From: Ptychomitrium polyphyllum
Lineage: Eukaryota
NCBI GenBank assembly: GCA_973851085.1
Contig: OZ316775.1
Coordinates: 9,176,001-9,240,000, forward strand
Reading direction: 5' to 3'
DNA: 64,000 bases
Numbering within the stretch: position 1 is the first letter of the stretch; each line of letters begins with the position of its first letter. Of this stretch, positions 11,646 through 26,100 are shown piece after piece. Below the pieces are notes generated by a model that ran no database searches, had not been told where the DNA came from, and saw only the letters and a list, made by a program, of their open reading frames with translations. A program made the translations under genes and the position numbers.

Positions 11646-14600
11646 CATATACAAGTATGTTCTGTGGTAATATTCTCTTATTTCACGGGATGGAAGAGAA
11701 CGGGAAAGGTATAAGGCTAGAAAAGTGTTTGCACTCGTAAAAAAGTTTGTGAAGCATGTTTTGATGGTGAATAAAGACTATCTATTTTCTGCAGAAATCA
11801 TTTTTCAGTATGCACCGCTGTGTTTCTGAGCGTTTATAAGTGTAAAACTACAAGGATGGAGAGATATAACCGACGATGGTGCCATAAATACAATTTGGTG
11901 CTTGATGCAGTTAGCCTCACCCATGGATCTATGCTGGGAGTCGCCACTGAAAGGCCACCCACTGTAGTATGTACCGGTATAATCGTATGATTGTTGTTTG
12001 CTATATTCTAGCTTAATTCTTGAATCAGTGACTCTGAATCCTGATGACGGCGATGACGAAGGTCCAAGGTGAGAGAAGGCACCGAGGAGCTGTGTGTGCT
12101 GCACCATGCTCATCACAACTTGCAGGGACTAGGAGCGAATAAGGGCACCCTCTCTGGATTGGCCTTTCAAGCTTCATGTCCAAATCATGGAAGGGTCAGG
12201 CTTGGAGCTGGGTTCCTGGAACCACTATATTAAGGTATGGTCGCATTTACTATTATATTTTTTATAATGTGGGTTTGTCTCATGTTTCTATAATAGACCT
12301 ATTATAATTGCCCTTCGTTTTCCTGCTCCATGCCTTGACCCCTGAGCAGGTGTCACTGAACTAAACTTATACGCTTCACAGGAAAAGAAAATGGGTCTCC
12401 TTTGATGGCACTGTTGACGATGTCCATGACTATAATAAAAATAATCATTTTTGCTTTCATTTTGTTTTTGTTGATTTTCGAAGTAGGAAACAAGTTTTTT
12501 ATTTAGAATTTATTTTTATTACTCCAAAGGAATCCATCAGACAGTATCTATATCGATCATAGTAACTGAAGATCCGTACAGCCAATGTCGCATTGCAGAT
12601 GTAGTGTGGCAACTGCAAATATTTTAGTATCCAAATGACTGTGAGTAATATGATAACAAGTTTTTATAATTATATGTTCGAAAGTTTGATAAACACTTAT
12701 TGTTGTTATATCAAAGTAATGTGAAATCGAAATTGTTAATATACTCTTCCACTTATTTTATTTGAATAGTCTCTACATTGGTGTGAACTCTACTACAGGG
12801 AAATACTGCATCTCACAGTAATGGTATTAATGGCTTTGTTGATGATTTGTATGATTTGCAAGACAGTTCTGCCTGTCTGAATTGCACATGAACATGTCAT
12901 TCTTGTTCACTAACAACATTCACAGCATTGAAAACGACCCAGGAGCAGCATTAGCAACCCCAGTGTTCTTCTCAAGTCTTTGAATCTCCACTGTATTGGT
13001 TCAAGTGTGGTATAACTACACCAAAAAGTCAGGTCTTCAAACGCAGAAGTCTGAATTTGTTGACCAAGATGCCACCTTTGGACCCTCAGAGAGATGGGTT
13101 ACTATTTAGATGCTAGAATGCTTGTTTGGATGCATGTGATAGCAGCTATTCTAGTTGAAGAGCAATACCACCTTTTGATGAATCATCAATCATATTTGAG
13201 TAATTTAAGGTCAAACAATCATGCACCTTTTAGCAATTGCTCAGACCAACATCATAACAGTCTCTACTTGCATGACTGTACACTGATGCTATGTTCTAGG
13301 ATTAGGACACCTAGGGCTAATGTTTAGTAATGTTTAATACTTGAAGAAGAATTAAAATATTACTCTAATAGTAATCATCCAGCTAAAGCATGTTACAGAT
13401 ACTACTACTACTCAATCTCAACAAAAAGCTCATCATTATCTTTGTGTAGTGCCGAAGCTCATCATGTAAAGGATTTGCACGGAATGAGTTTTCAAATAAA
13501 AGTCAAATAACATGTATAACATGAGTAGAGTACAAAAAACCGATGGTCATTTTTTTGCACTCCTTTATGCAAAAACTCCAGGCATATTCTCAACAATTCT
13601 ACATGTCAATCAGCTGTCTGATCCACTTTAGATCAGATCAATCCAGAAGGAGTGGCTTGCATTCTAATTCTTCCACCTGATCCAACTCAGCCACCATTAG
13701 TCATTATGTCACCCACTACATCCATGTCCAGAAATTTTTGATATGTTCCAAGTGGTTTTCTCAATAATCTCAAGAAGTTACTAAGAAGGAGTCTGACCTC
13801 TACAGCACCCAAACGGGTAATAGGAATTTAGAATATCCAAATCCATAAATCCGTAAGGCCAAGCCCACATGCTCACATCCCTTTGCATATGAACAGAAAG
13901 AATAAGCCCGATTTATTATTAGCTTGCAAATTTCAAAACAGGATCAGCACCATTGTGATAATAAAGAATGAGTTACCATCACCATAGACCAGATTTATTC
14001 TCATGATTTTTAAACTTAGATTGCAGTGCATACGGGGATTTTCTGCAGGACTAGGCAGCGGATTCAAGCTGGCCACTGAAATTCTTCTTCTATGTACTGT
14101 AAGCATGTCTGATACTGCATAAAGCAAAATACTCCCAGCATAAACTTGTACCAATAGGTATAAATCACAAGGTAGTAAGTAGTGTGGTCCAGAGTAACAT
14201 AACAGCTGAATTTTGTGTTATGTGAGGAGGCCTGTGGATGGTATGTTGTGTAATAGTGGGACACAGTACACTGTTGATGCAATTCAGACCACACTTGATT
14301 GTCTCCTTGAAAATGTATTTCTGGTGCCCATGGATCATTGGAATCTCAAGTACATGGGATCAGACTCAAAGATCCCAAAGATGCAGGTGTGGAGGGAATT
14401 TGTTCCAGACAGCAGTGGGGGTTGAAAGTCCAGAATAGTATCTTCCTTGTCATGCAGGCTGCAGGCTGCAGGCTGCAGGCATTGATTTTCACAAGTACAA
14501 AACTCAAGTGCACCAGACACAAGAGAACTTGTCTGTGCTGATTGAATCTGAAAAAATAGCTACCATGCTGATACTACTACATGCCCTGCACAATGGACAA

Positions 14601-17109
14601 CTTGCCTGAAAAATCACTCTATAGCTCATGAATGGTTCAAACCTCAGATGAGCCCCACATTTACATAAATTTCATTTTGTTGTTAGAGCATGATTGCCCA
14701 TGAAAAAGTGCAGGCAGACAATATGCCAGGTAACATTGCACAAGTTCACAACAACGTTCAGAAGCCACTGTGTCAACCTCCAAAGCAACTGATAATATGC
14801 ATCTATATGGGACCCAGAGATTATTTTTAAACCATGATTCAAATGTTTAGTAAAATTCTACATTCTAAATTCATAACTACGAGGCTCTGGTCTGCTCAAG
14901 ATTCATGGTGGATGTTGCAGTAGGCCCTGCATTGGCCCAGGCGAAGAAGCATCTTCCTATTAAGTCCCATCAACAAAAAATGAATCTCTATTATAATGAA
15001 TGCATCTTCTGAACCCCAAGAACAAAAGGATCGCCTCCCAGATAGTCAGCATTTCTTTACAGTGATAATCTTTAATGCTTACACTCACACCGTGCATTTA
15101 AATCAGATTCATGCTTTTAAGAAAATTGAGATAAGCTGTCTATCTGTTTATTAAAAATCACAAATTCAATATGACATAATTGCAAGCAGTAACACACTAC
15201 TACAACCACACTGACCCAATGCGAGAAGCTAGTAGTCGGATTCATGCCTTTGAACCTGATGTGGCACTGGTTAGTGCATTCAAAAACAACAGTGCAAATT
15301 GTGCCAAAATGTGCCTTGACTGGTGATCTTAGAGAGAGGAAAAGTGAAGTATTTTGAAGTTTGAATGCATGTATGTGCAGATAGTAAATAGCTTAAATAA
15401 AATGGTGATAAATATAGAGTTTTGGAAGAAGACACTATTGAATAATACCGTCCTATAAGTAGGGTCTTACATTGTTGAACCTTGATTTTGTCATAAACTT
15501 GGCCTATGTTGGATGTACTCATTTTAAATGTTTTAAGCATTCAAATTAAGCAAGAAACTTCAACCACATCCAACATAAAGTAAAAATCAGAAAATAGAAC
15601 ATTGAAGCATTATTGATATCTTTCTATTTCAAATTCTACTTTGTAAATCATTTATTAGTGATACTTTCTTCAATCCAAATCCTAAACCTTGTATTTTCAC
15701 CTCCACTGTGCTATCTTTGCCCAATCCATCTTGCCTTTTTAATGTCTTCTTAATGACTAAAACCACTTTAAAATAAAATTTCTTCTTTATTGTTCAATCT
15801 AGCTATGTTTTAATAATGCACCCTTTAACCATAGAGTTCTTATTTATATTGACTGAGGCATAATGATGGTACTTTAAGAGGCCTACATGGAATCCTTAAA
15901 CCAATGGTCTCTACATTTGTCTTCTAAATTTGATGGTTGATTAAATTGAAGTAGAATTATTACAATGTATGTTGCACCAAGTTTATAAAAGGCAAATTAA
16001 TTTAAATTGTAAATAACATAAATGTAAGTTGGCTTGTGGCAATATCTAGTGTGCACATGTCAAAAAGAGCAATAACATAACATTAGATGTTCTTGCATTA
16101 GATGTTCTTGCAACACCTTGGGACGTGCTATGGCTTCCCATGTTTCACCTCTGCCATTACCTACATGATCCTGCATGAAAGATGATCTACAATGCACCTC
16201 ACTTCTAATCCGTCGTGGAATACTTGCAATTTTTCCACATTCCATGAAACTGAGGCATCTACAACAAACAAAGCAGCTACAGGAATTTGTGAATTTAAAA
16301 AAAATGCTCTTTTTGCTTTTTAAGTTTCCAATAGCCACTTGATGATTAATCTTAAATTAAGGTGGAATCACTCTACAGTGCATATAGGGGTCACAAACTG
16401 GAAAGATCAGGAACTCTATTCCGAAGCCAAACAGTTTGAGTTTGCAAGAATCAGACCCAGCAAATTCTATCGCATTTGTATCAAAAAACTAGAAACTAAA
16501 AAGTCAAGATCATGATCAAGATCAAAATCTCAATGATATCGGATCCCACATGAATACGATGTGTTGCAAAGGATTTTAAACACTGTCGTTTTCTCTAGAA
16601 TTTAAAAAGAACAGAACTGAGAGGGACATAGAACTCCAAAAGAATTGATTATAAATCCTGCTGAGCCCTGGATTCATACCGTTGTCCTTGCTAATGCTAA
16701 GCCAGGGTGACTAAGAACTGCTAATATGATCCAGCGGTAAAAGAAATAAAAACTGACATTGAAGACCGAATGTACAAGCCTGCACCTCAATGAAGGAGGC
16801 CTTACGTTTTCAGGAGCCAAATCTGGAAGCTTTCAATACAAACTGTAAACTGCGTCACGGGCAATTCAGCCGGAATTGCACTATTGGAAAGAGTGAATAA
16901 GTAAAAGAAGTGAGGAGCGTTTCATAAGTTATGAGAAGCCAAATGAACACGAGGTCAGCCAACGTCTAAACAATAGACAAGCAATACCACAATTATTGAA
17001 ATAGTGGCAGGTAACATGAACAAAACATCTTCAATAGAGACTGACCAATTACTAATGAGATTAAAAGTTCAAGAAGTTATGTACGAATGATGCAGAAAAT
17101 TGGATCACC

Positions 17110-20100
17110 CTATCGAACAGGGTACCCTGGAGATGTTGGTGTCACTGCCCTAAGTAGTTCACTACCTAAGCTAGTCAATTTCTTGCTCTCACTATCTAAA
17201 TTGCCGTTATTGAGCTGTTGAGTGACACCGCTAATAGCCATATTACCTCTCTCAGAACAACTCCCACGCTCTACCCTCTCTACGCCCTCAATAACCATTC
17301 CGTCGGACTCTTGTCCAAAGTAATCAACTGTCCCATTTTCACTTGTACATCTCTCTGCTGCCAAGCTGTAGACCATACCTTCTGATTTGACTCGATTCTC
17401 GACACTATTTCCATCAGTTGTTATTATTGAGGTGCTTGTACCATTGCGGAGATGTTGGCCCTCATGAACTCCTGGGGGTATTAAGACTTCACCTTCATGG
17501 CCACTGAATCTATCAGTTGGACTATTCACTGCTCCATTCGCTGTCTTGCCAACAGAATCTGCCAGCAGTTTCAAACGATCCATTCTCTCTTGGACCACAT
17601 TCGTTTTGCCATTTGAACAGGAGACAATTTCAGGAGTACCAGCATTCACACTGCTTGAATCTCCTCCAGCAACATGATTTAGTTTTGTGGCAGGACATAA
17701 ATTCAGATAACAGGTTTGGTGATCGATGGCAAGACCATTTCCTGGCAGCTGTGATAACTTCGAATCCTCGGAAGGAAATATTTTAGCTTCGTCAAATCGT
17801 GATGCGGGATTGCCAGGGGAAGTGGACACTTGAAAACTCTTAATCTCTTCTACTGACACTAGAACCTGAGCTCCAGTAACGGAGGTTTCAGATCCTGGAA
17901 CGGAATCATCAGTGCGAGTCAAATTATTCTGGTTATTAGAAAGTTCAGTTCCCTGATCTTTTCCAGATTTTTGTCTCTTTAAAACAGCTGCATCCTTTTG
18001 CTCCAAATCTGGTGCAGGAGAGGATTTTCGTTTAGCGACTGTTGCGTCATCCAGGTTTGTCCAGATAGAATCTGTTAGTGGGAGTGACGAGAGCAGGTTG
18101 TCAGACACTTTCTCAAAGACCTCACCTCCATCTTTCCCATTGCCACCCGAATTCATAGGCATATCATCCTCCTCATCTTCGTAATCCACTAAGCCAAACA
18201 TGTTACCCCTGAAAAATTTGGAGAAAGCATTAGAGAAGGTTTTACACACTTGAGAATGAAATCCATACCTGCAAGATCGTACTCTGAGGATAACAACACT
18301 CAACACTCACAACCATATATAACGAAGCTTGAAATCAGGAGAGACGACCATACCATATCAGGAACAGAGAGAAAGAGACGCCATACTCTGAGAAATAAAC
18401 GATCACATTCTGAGTGTCTAAGTCAGATAAAAGACGGACACTTGTAACAACACTAACCTGTATGGTACATTGTTCAGTGCAATGTTCTCGTTGACGAGTA
18501 TTACACCCTTGGTTGGCTGCTGACCTGTAGATGTTCTCAGCTTTGCAATTGCTGTATCCTCTTCCTCATTACTGTTTATATAAAATGAACCCAGTGTAAA
18601 AGAGACCACTATTAAATGTCACACATTAAAATAGATGAAAGTGCACTGAAACCTTTCATTACTGTCAAGCAGAGAAAATTTGAAAGACTACGGTATTATG
18701 AAAGTCGCAGGTGATGCCAAGTTGGCACACAACTGCTTTAAATCTACCCAAAATGGACACCCTAGTGCTTGATAGTCTATCTATGATCTACAAAACCTAA
18801 ATATCTACACTATTGAAAGCTTTCAGTGTTGACGTAAGATCAAACTCTTCACCTAATGCTTTAGTGAGCCAATAAACAACATAGGAAAATTGTGTAAACA
18901 GATCAAATGATATATATCCACACAAGTAAAGGGCCCCAAACTAAACGACCAGAAGGCGAAAAATAATGACCTGATCGATACTTGGCCCGGAGCAGTGCTT
19001 TTGTTAAGTAATCCAGCTTTAGTTGATATTGGACCTGAAGGTGCCCTCAATTTAGCTGCTGATGTATCCTCCTCGCCATCACTAGAAGAAAAGACCAAGG
19101 GAGGAATTAAAAACCTTGTAGCTTAATTGCAAAATGGAACAGTAAAAAAGCTATCTTAAACACTAGAGATAATACATTTACAACAAATTACCAAAGAGTT
19201 GTCAAGGTTTTAACCCTGCTTTAATCCAAAAAACTTTGAACACAGTACAAAACCTACTGCAAACCTGTCTTCGTTAAAATAATCCTCCTCGTCTTTGTCC
19301 AGAGCTCGATCATCTTTCCGTTTATGACTTTCAGATAAGCCAACATGACTAAGTCTATCATGGACGCCACAAGAACCGTGATTGGGACCACCACTTATCA
19401 TAGTTCCCCCCGGAAAGCCAGGAAGAGCCTCCAACATCTACAAAAACTCCACACATTAGAAGTCGCTTATTCAAAACGTAACACCATTAAGACTTGAAAC
19501 AGGGAAGCACAATTTCCAGTCTCTGCCTTCTTTAAAGCCGAATTGACAGATGAGCCAATTGTGGTAAAATTTAGCAATTTTATTTTGTTCCTTTTGGTAT
19601 TGGTTATGAGCACAAAAATATGAAAACTTGGGGGTCCAAATGACCCTCAAAACGAGGAAAAATCAATGACGTATAAGTGTCTGATTTCTCGGTTACTCCA
19701 GGGAACAATATCCAGAATAAATATATTACCAACACCAGGTCAAAATAACCTGATTCAAAAGTATATTCACCTGATCATATTTCAACTTCAAAGCCTGAAA
19801 AGTATCCACATAATCGATAGACTCCAATTTCGATGAATACGTTTCAACCAAATGTACAATCAGACTCTTGATGCCCTCCTGCACACAACATTACCGTACA
19901 ATCGTAAATGGAAAGATTCGCTCAGAATCTTAATCGCTCACAAGCAGGTTTACGGAAATGAGGTTCCCTGGCCTTCTGAAAAAGCAACAACCGGCAAGAC
20001 CATAATCAAAACAGATACATTAACTTTAATCAGTTTACCTTTCTGATGGAATCAATGAGCTCTAATACAGCTGAATTCAAAAGATTATAGCGATTCCCGT

Positions 20101-23100
20101 TTGCCACAAAAGCCGAAATAACGGGCTCAAAACAATTGTTCTTTACAATGTATCGGTAGTAAAATTCCTCCTGGAAAAGGACACATCATTAATATTGCTC
20201 ACGAAATATGAGCATCAACCTGGAGTATTGACCCCAGGATTGCTAGTAAGACAAATTCAACGGGCAAACTTACTGTTGGTCCACATCATCATTACTACTA
20301 GGAACTAACTATGATAATGCGGACTTGTTAAGACACTGTGAATAACATTCCAACTACTCAAGTTTTGGATTTCACAAGCTCTCGCAACGTCATAATATGC
20401 TCTCGAGAAATCAAATGTCATCTCACAGACAACTAAAATATCAATGTTATACAAACAAAAGAACAGTGGCTCTGAACAAACCTTCAAAGATATGCACGTC
20501 CTTAAAAACCGCACCGCTGCCACAACCAAATACTTTTCTTTTCTTCGTGTCAATCTTAGAACTTTTTCCACCACATGTTTCCTCATCACATAATACCTGC
20601 ACACAAACAATTCTATGAGGACAAGAATCTGCTTCGAGACTGTTTGCAACGTAATGAAGCGTCTTTCATCAATAATAAGAGTACCAACAAAATAACAAAC
20701 AAAATAGAGAAAGAATACTTTATACACTTACTTTATTCTAAAACGATGATGTTGGACACAGAAACACAGAAGCTCGCAGATGTTTCCAAGAATTTCAGGT
20801 GAAACTGGTGGTCTAACTTGGTTTTCCGCTTCATTAATAGAGGACTTGACTACTCGCACTTCAGGCGGGCAGCCGCTCGTAAGAACCTCGACCATCTGAT
20901 CCATATACTTCTCGTAAAAGATCTCCAAAAACGGGCTCTTATCAACTTGTGGCTGAACTCACCAAACATTACATCAAAAAATCAGGAACTAATTTAGCTT
21001 TAAGAGGAGACCTAAGTCAATCACGCTTATGTAAAAAACGTACTTTACCAGACAAGTTATTCCCCAATAATATGATCTCTCAGGTTCTAGTAGTCGTACT
21101 GGAAAGCAGATGAACATCCAGAAAAGTAAAATATAGAACGCTGCCTTAATTACTGTAAAAAGACGTGGTACAACGACAAATATCAGAAAATCATGAAGAA
21201 TTCAGAGGCAAGTATTGAACACCCACTACATCCATAGTTTCAGAGTCCAAAAGCATCCGCATGATTTCCAAAAGTTGTGCTTGAAGTCCACATTGACTTT
21301 GAGTCAACATACCTGACACCTGAAAGACCAATCACTTACTTAGTGCGCCCGCTGCAATCATAGCCATACTTAGCATTTGAATGACTGATCCAATATTTCA
21401 GATACCTCGTAATATCGTCAGGGCTTTCAGTTTATGTACGTTTAACTCTTTCTGTAAATGGCTAGCATTTATGCACCATCTCGCAGTAAGAAAAATAATG
21501 CATGTGAACTGGATGATATCTTTTGAAAATCCAGGTTTAGGAAACTCCAATATTAAGGTGATATTCAGCAATAATTTTTATTCAAAGCAATACGCACCAG
21601 CTCACTGAACAAGCTGTGAGAGGTTTGGTGCACCAAAAAGGAGCGCAGCAGTGTCGGATCATTGTTCAAGGTCACGATCAAAATATCGCATCTGCCAGGT
21701 ACATACGCCAACGAAATTTAGAGTTCAAAAATCACCAAATCATTGTCCTAGCTCAGGAAAATGATGAGTATAATTTGCATACTGTAATCATTAAAATACA
21801 ATAAAACCAGCTCACAGGGCTAAGGAAAAATACCCGCTTAATCGGACACTTTCTTCAGCATCTTTGAGAATGTCCTTTACTATATCAAACAATCCTCCCT
21901 TAACAAGAGCACTGCCACACAAAAAAGAAAAATCTGAACGAAATGAGTGATTTACCAAACACAGTCCGCAGAAAGTTAGAAATCGTAGGAAACTGACCAT
22001 AAAAACTTGTTTGCTCTGAAATTTGGATGTCTTTGTCAACCCCTAAGTGCCCATTTGGATCAGAGTATCTGTATCCATATCTCAGTAGATGCCAAATGAA
22101 TCACTGGAAACTTCTAGGAAGGAGCCGTGTTGTATACCAATGAAAAGAAGAAAGTTTACTCTCCAACATTGGTGACTTACATGCATATAGGAAGTTACTG
22201 TTCTCAATTATGGAGGTTCAAAGTGCTATTTCTATTTTTATCTTGGGCACTAAGGGTTAATGCCATCAGTTGGTCCGTTGCATACAACTTCCATAAGTCA
22301 CAGATCCTACACTAATATGTACCTGAAGAGCTGACCTCGAACTCCTGGTTGAAGATGTTTACTCAAGTTGCAAAACTCCTGAACAAAAAACACCTGAAAC
22401 AGAAGACAGAAAGTGAGCTCGAGTGAAAGGAACATGAGTTATCCAAATATCATATTGTGTGAACAGCACATGAGCTATCATTATACATACCAACTACACT
22501 TGAGACTCACCAGATCTTGTCTATTCTTTGCTGGTGTTTCAGGTGATCGTAGTCTTGAAAAGAGTTCTGATAAAAAAGCAGAGTCGTTCTGGAGAGATGA
22601 CACCACCTACATAGACAGAACATACCCGAACTATTAATGCCAGGTTGTAGACCTCTTGATTTAGGGCAAGCTTATAAAAAGACCGTGAAAACTTTTCTTG
22701 CTGTTGCCTAAACCTCACGTGAAAAATTGAAAATTAGTGCCAGCAGAAAACCATTCTCACTCCTCCGTGAAAATAACCCAAGACAAATAAACATATGATC
22801 GGAGACAATAGACTACATAATGTCCTCTCAAAATAGAAACTGTATGTAATTAACAAATAGTGTAAATACAGTGGAACTCCAAAATCCCAAATGGGCAAGG
22901 CAAACTGACAGAAAATATAATTGGTTATCAACATATCAACAATCTAGCTATTTGCAAATCTTGTCAACATTCTTGGTGAAATTATTAACTTACCGAAACA
23001 TTGTTAAAGAGCATGATGGAGTTGATGGTTGCAAACGTTTGATCATCCAGCACCCTTGGTAAAATAATATCCTTTGCACAAGAAACACCATGTCAGTTTT

Positions 23101-26100
23101 ACATCACTAACTCAAAATAAAGAATTAATCTCAGAATCTCCAAAGAAAAAGGTTGATAAACATCTCGAGTCATATCGTGGGAAAATGTGAAAAGCATTTT
23201 AGGGACAAAATTTATAATGTCTTTCCAAACAAGGATGAATAAAACATTCAATCACAGGCACAGAAATAAAACACTTAAAAATATTAAAAGGAAAGTGCCC
23301 AGATTATTTCCTAAGGATATGCCTCTAATAAAAGGAAACGCAAGAAGAACTCAAACTGATTCAGACAAGAAGATGTTCGTGGCTGACCTTAATATAACCA
23401 ATACGATATGTCTGATGAATCTTTGATAATATTGCTGGATCACGGATGGGAACAGCCTGTGAAAAATAAAGAGACACCCTACTGTGAGCTTCTGGCCACT
23501 ATCATATCTGGTGATTCAGCCAATAAGCCTTCGCTGCTTATTTATGAGAGAAGAGGTACACTGTTCAAATGCAAATGTGCTTCCACAGAAGAATGTAGCT
23601 ATTTCTTTGCTACGCAATTCATAGAAACAGATTCTATGTGAAACTTAAGTGCAAGGTATTGCTAAGAACTGGCCATCACTTCCCTTAACTCGTATTTTCT
23701 TACCTCTTTGAAACTAGCTTGGTCCTTGAGGTATGTCCGGTGATCTTGGCGTGTTGTCAGTTGTGGATCATCTATTGATGAACATATTCAAACACTCCAA
23801 TGTTATACAATAGAGAACAAAAATACGCACTTGAAGCATCATCTAAGACCATATCATGAAGTTTATTAAAACTGCAACTCACACGTATTAATCTTGAATT
23901 TAAGAAGATTAATTAGCGATGATGGTAAGTGTAGATTTCTAGAAGCGAGAACATATGGATCCAAGTTTAAAAGTTAATTCCTGGCATACCATCTTGTTCT
24001 TTTAGAAAAGTTGATCTTAAGCAGATGGTCGATAGTGAAATTCGTCCCTCAATGCATATTCTCTGGACCCTGTCGTAGACACTGTGGTTCACTTCGACCG
24101 ACTTGCAAGATTTTACATTGTCATACTGACATGTGCTTGTACTCGTTTATAAGGTACATCTAAAAAGAAGCCGGCCTCTTTACATATAATACAATAAGGA
24201 TGCAGGTAATAAGGTAAGGGGAAGGTAAAAGAGCTTACATTCCAAGGCTCCAACAATGTCCATAATATACTCATCGCCGAAGATGAGATCAAAAATATGT
24301 CCATCATTAAGTGAGACTGCAAACAGATACGGGTCTTACACACGTCAGCTTATATATCTTGATAGATAACTGCTTAAAATAGAAATGGATAAACACTTCA
24401 AAAATTGAATTCTCTGCCCCAACAGCAACAACATAAACAATAGGTTTAACCCTCACTGTACATACTTGAACTATCGATCATGACCACTATCATGGCCATC
24501 TATTAATAACGAGAAGTCTAACGTCAAAACACATATCACCAGTTGCTGGTGAAGTTCTGCCAAATAAAAAAATGAAGAAAATTTGTGAAATCACTTTTAA
24601 AGCTCGATGCTCAAATCAAGATCAGAATTAATTTAGCGACAGCAAAACCATATGGAGGATAGATGAGCAGTATAACTTACTGATTCCCTTCACGATTTTA
24701 AATAGCAATTGGAGTCCTTCACCATTCTCCAAGTCTTCGCAAGTGCGAAATAATTCCACCAGCTTGCGTATATAATTTCGCTGCAATAAAATTAAAAGTA
24801 TTTACTTATAACACTACTCATTCCCATTGGCGGAGTTTCGTCCAATCCAGAAACAAAAACATTCATAACTGAAAATAAAAACGGTAACTAGGTAGCAAGA
24901 CGCATTGCTTTCAACTTCGAAATATGCACGACAAATACTTACATCACGCACAACAATAGACGCCAGCCTGTCTTTGTCAAAAGGTGAAACTTCCCCAAGA
25001 ACCTGCAGCAGCAATTGAAGTATGGTTACAGTTTCAAATGACCTAAGCATTGTTTCAGACAAAAACACCCATGATAAGAACTTTTCTTTGTAATAACTCC
25101 TTATCCATTTTGATTTAAAAAGGGTACTCTTTCATCAGAACATATGGCAGTGCATAAAGATTACAAAATTTCATAGATGTTTTAGAATATTGAAGTTCTA
25201 CAGGTAATAATCTTGAACAATAATTAAAGTTAAAGAGTTTGCCAGATCTCAGAATTGCTTGAAGCACACCTTGGCAATCTGAGGAAGAGTAGAAAGCTCA
25301 ACAGGCGGGAGCTCCAGGGCTTCAATACCTCCACCTTCACAAACCAAAGAACCACATACGAATTTTATCATTTGTACTCGTATGCCTATTAAAGCAGCAG
25401 CAGATATCCTGCCATTGCTTGGAAATTGAAACTAATAAGACTAGCAATCTGGTATAGGCGACCATTCACAACTCTGGATGTCTGACAGACCAATTGTGAC
25501 AAAAACAAATCGCATACCATCATCTTGAGAAGTTCCAGAATGCTCCAAGTCATCACCACCTGGACGACCAACGCCATCCAACCCTGTTTCACCGTCAAAC
25601 AAGATTGTGACCACATTCATATAAGGTGAGCATAAAGGTACCTATTCCACATGGCAAGCAATAAAGTGAAATATTGTAACCCTATCAAGTTAATCATGTC
25701 GTACACGTTGATTCTCCATCAAAACCGCAAGCACCATAAGCAGTACATAAATCCAACAGAAGAGCTTTTAAGACGCGACATCAGAAAATCAAATCACAGG
25801 TCTCACCAGCCACTGAAGGAAAGTGAATCGATTTTTGCACGCTACATATCTGGTCCCTGCATATTTTTTAAAAACTGGATTAGAGGATAGCAGACACCAA
25901 GCATGTTTTATCTTGCTTTGTAATAAATTAAACGAGTAATTTTTCCCAGGCTAAAACCAAACGCGGCTACCTATTATCACTATTATTACAGACTCGCACG
26001 TCGTAAGCAACCTAGCACCGGGTAGTTGTCATATATAGCTTCTACTTAAAGTTCCCAACAGTTTCCGCTCACTCAGAATGCAAAACCAGCCCCCATTTCG

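Noticed and set aside
14452..14480. Short tandem repeats, e.g. (GCAGGCT)4 here, a 15-bp duplication at 16081-16112 and a 10-bp triplication at 50942-50971, considered as CRISPR-like or functional arrays
   Set aside because: Head-to-tail slippage repeats without unique spacers.
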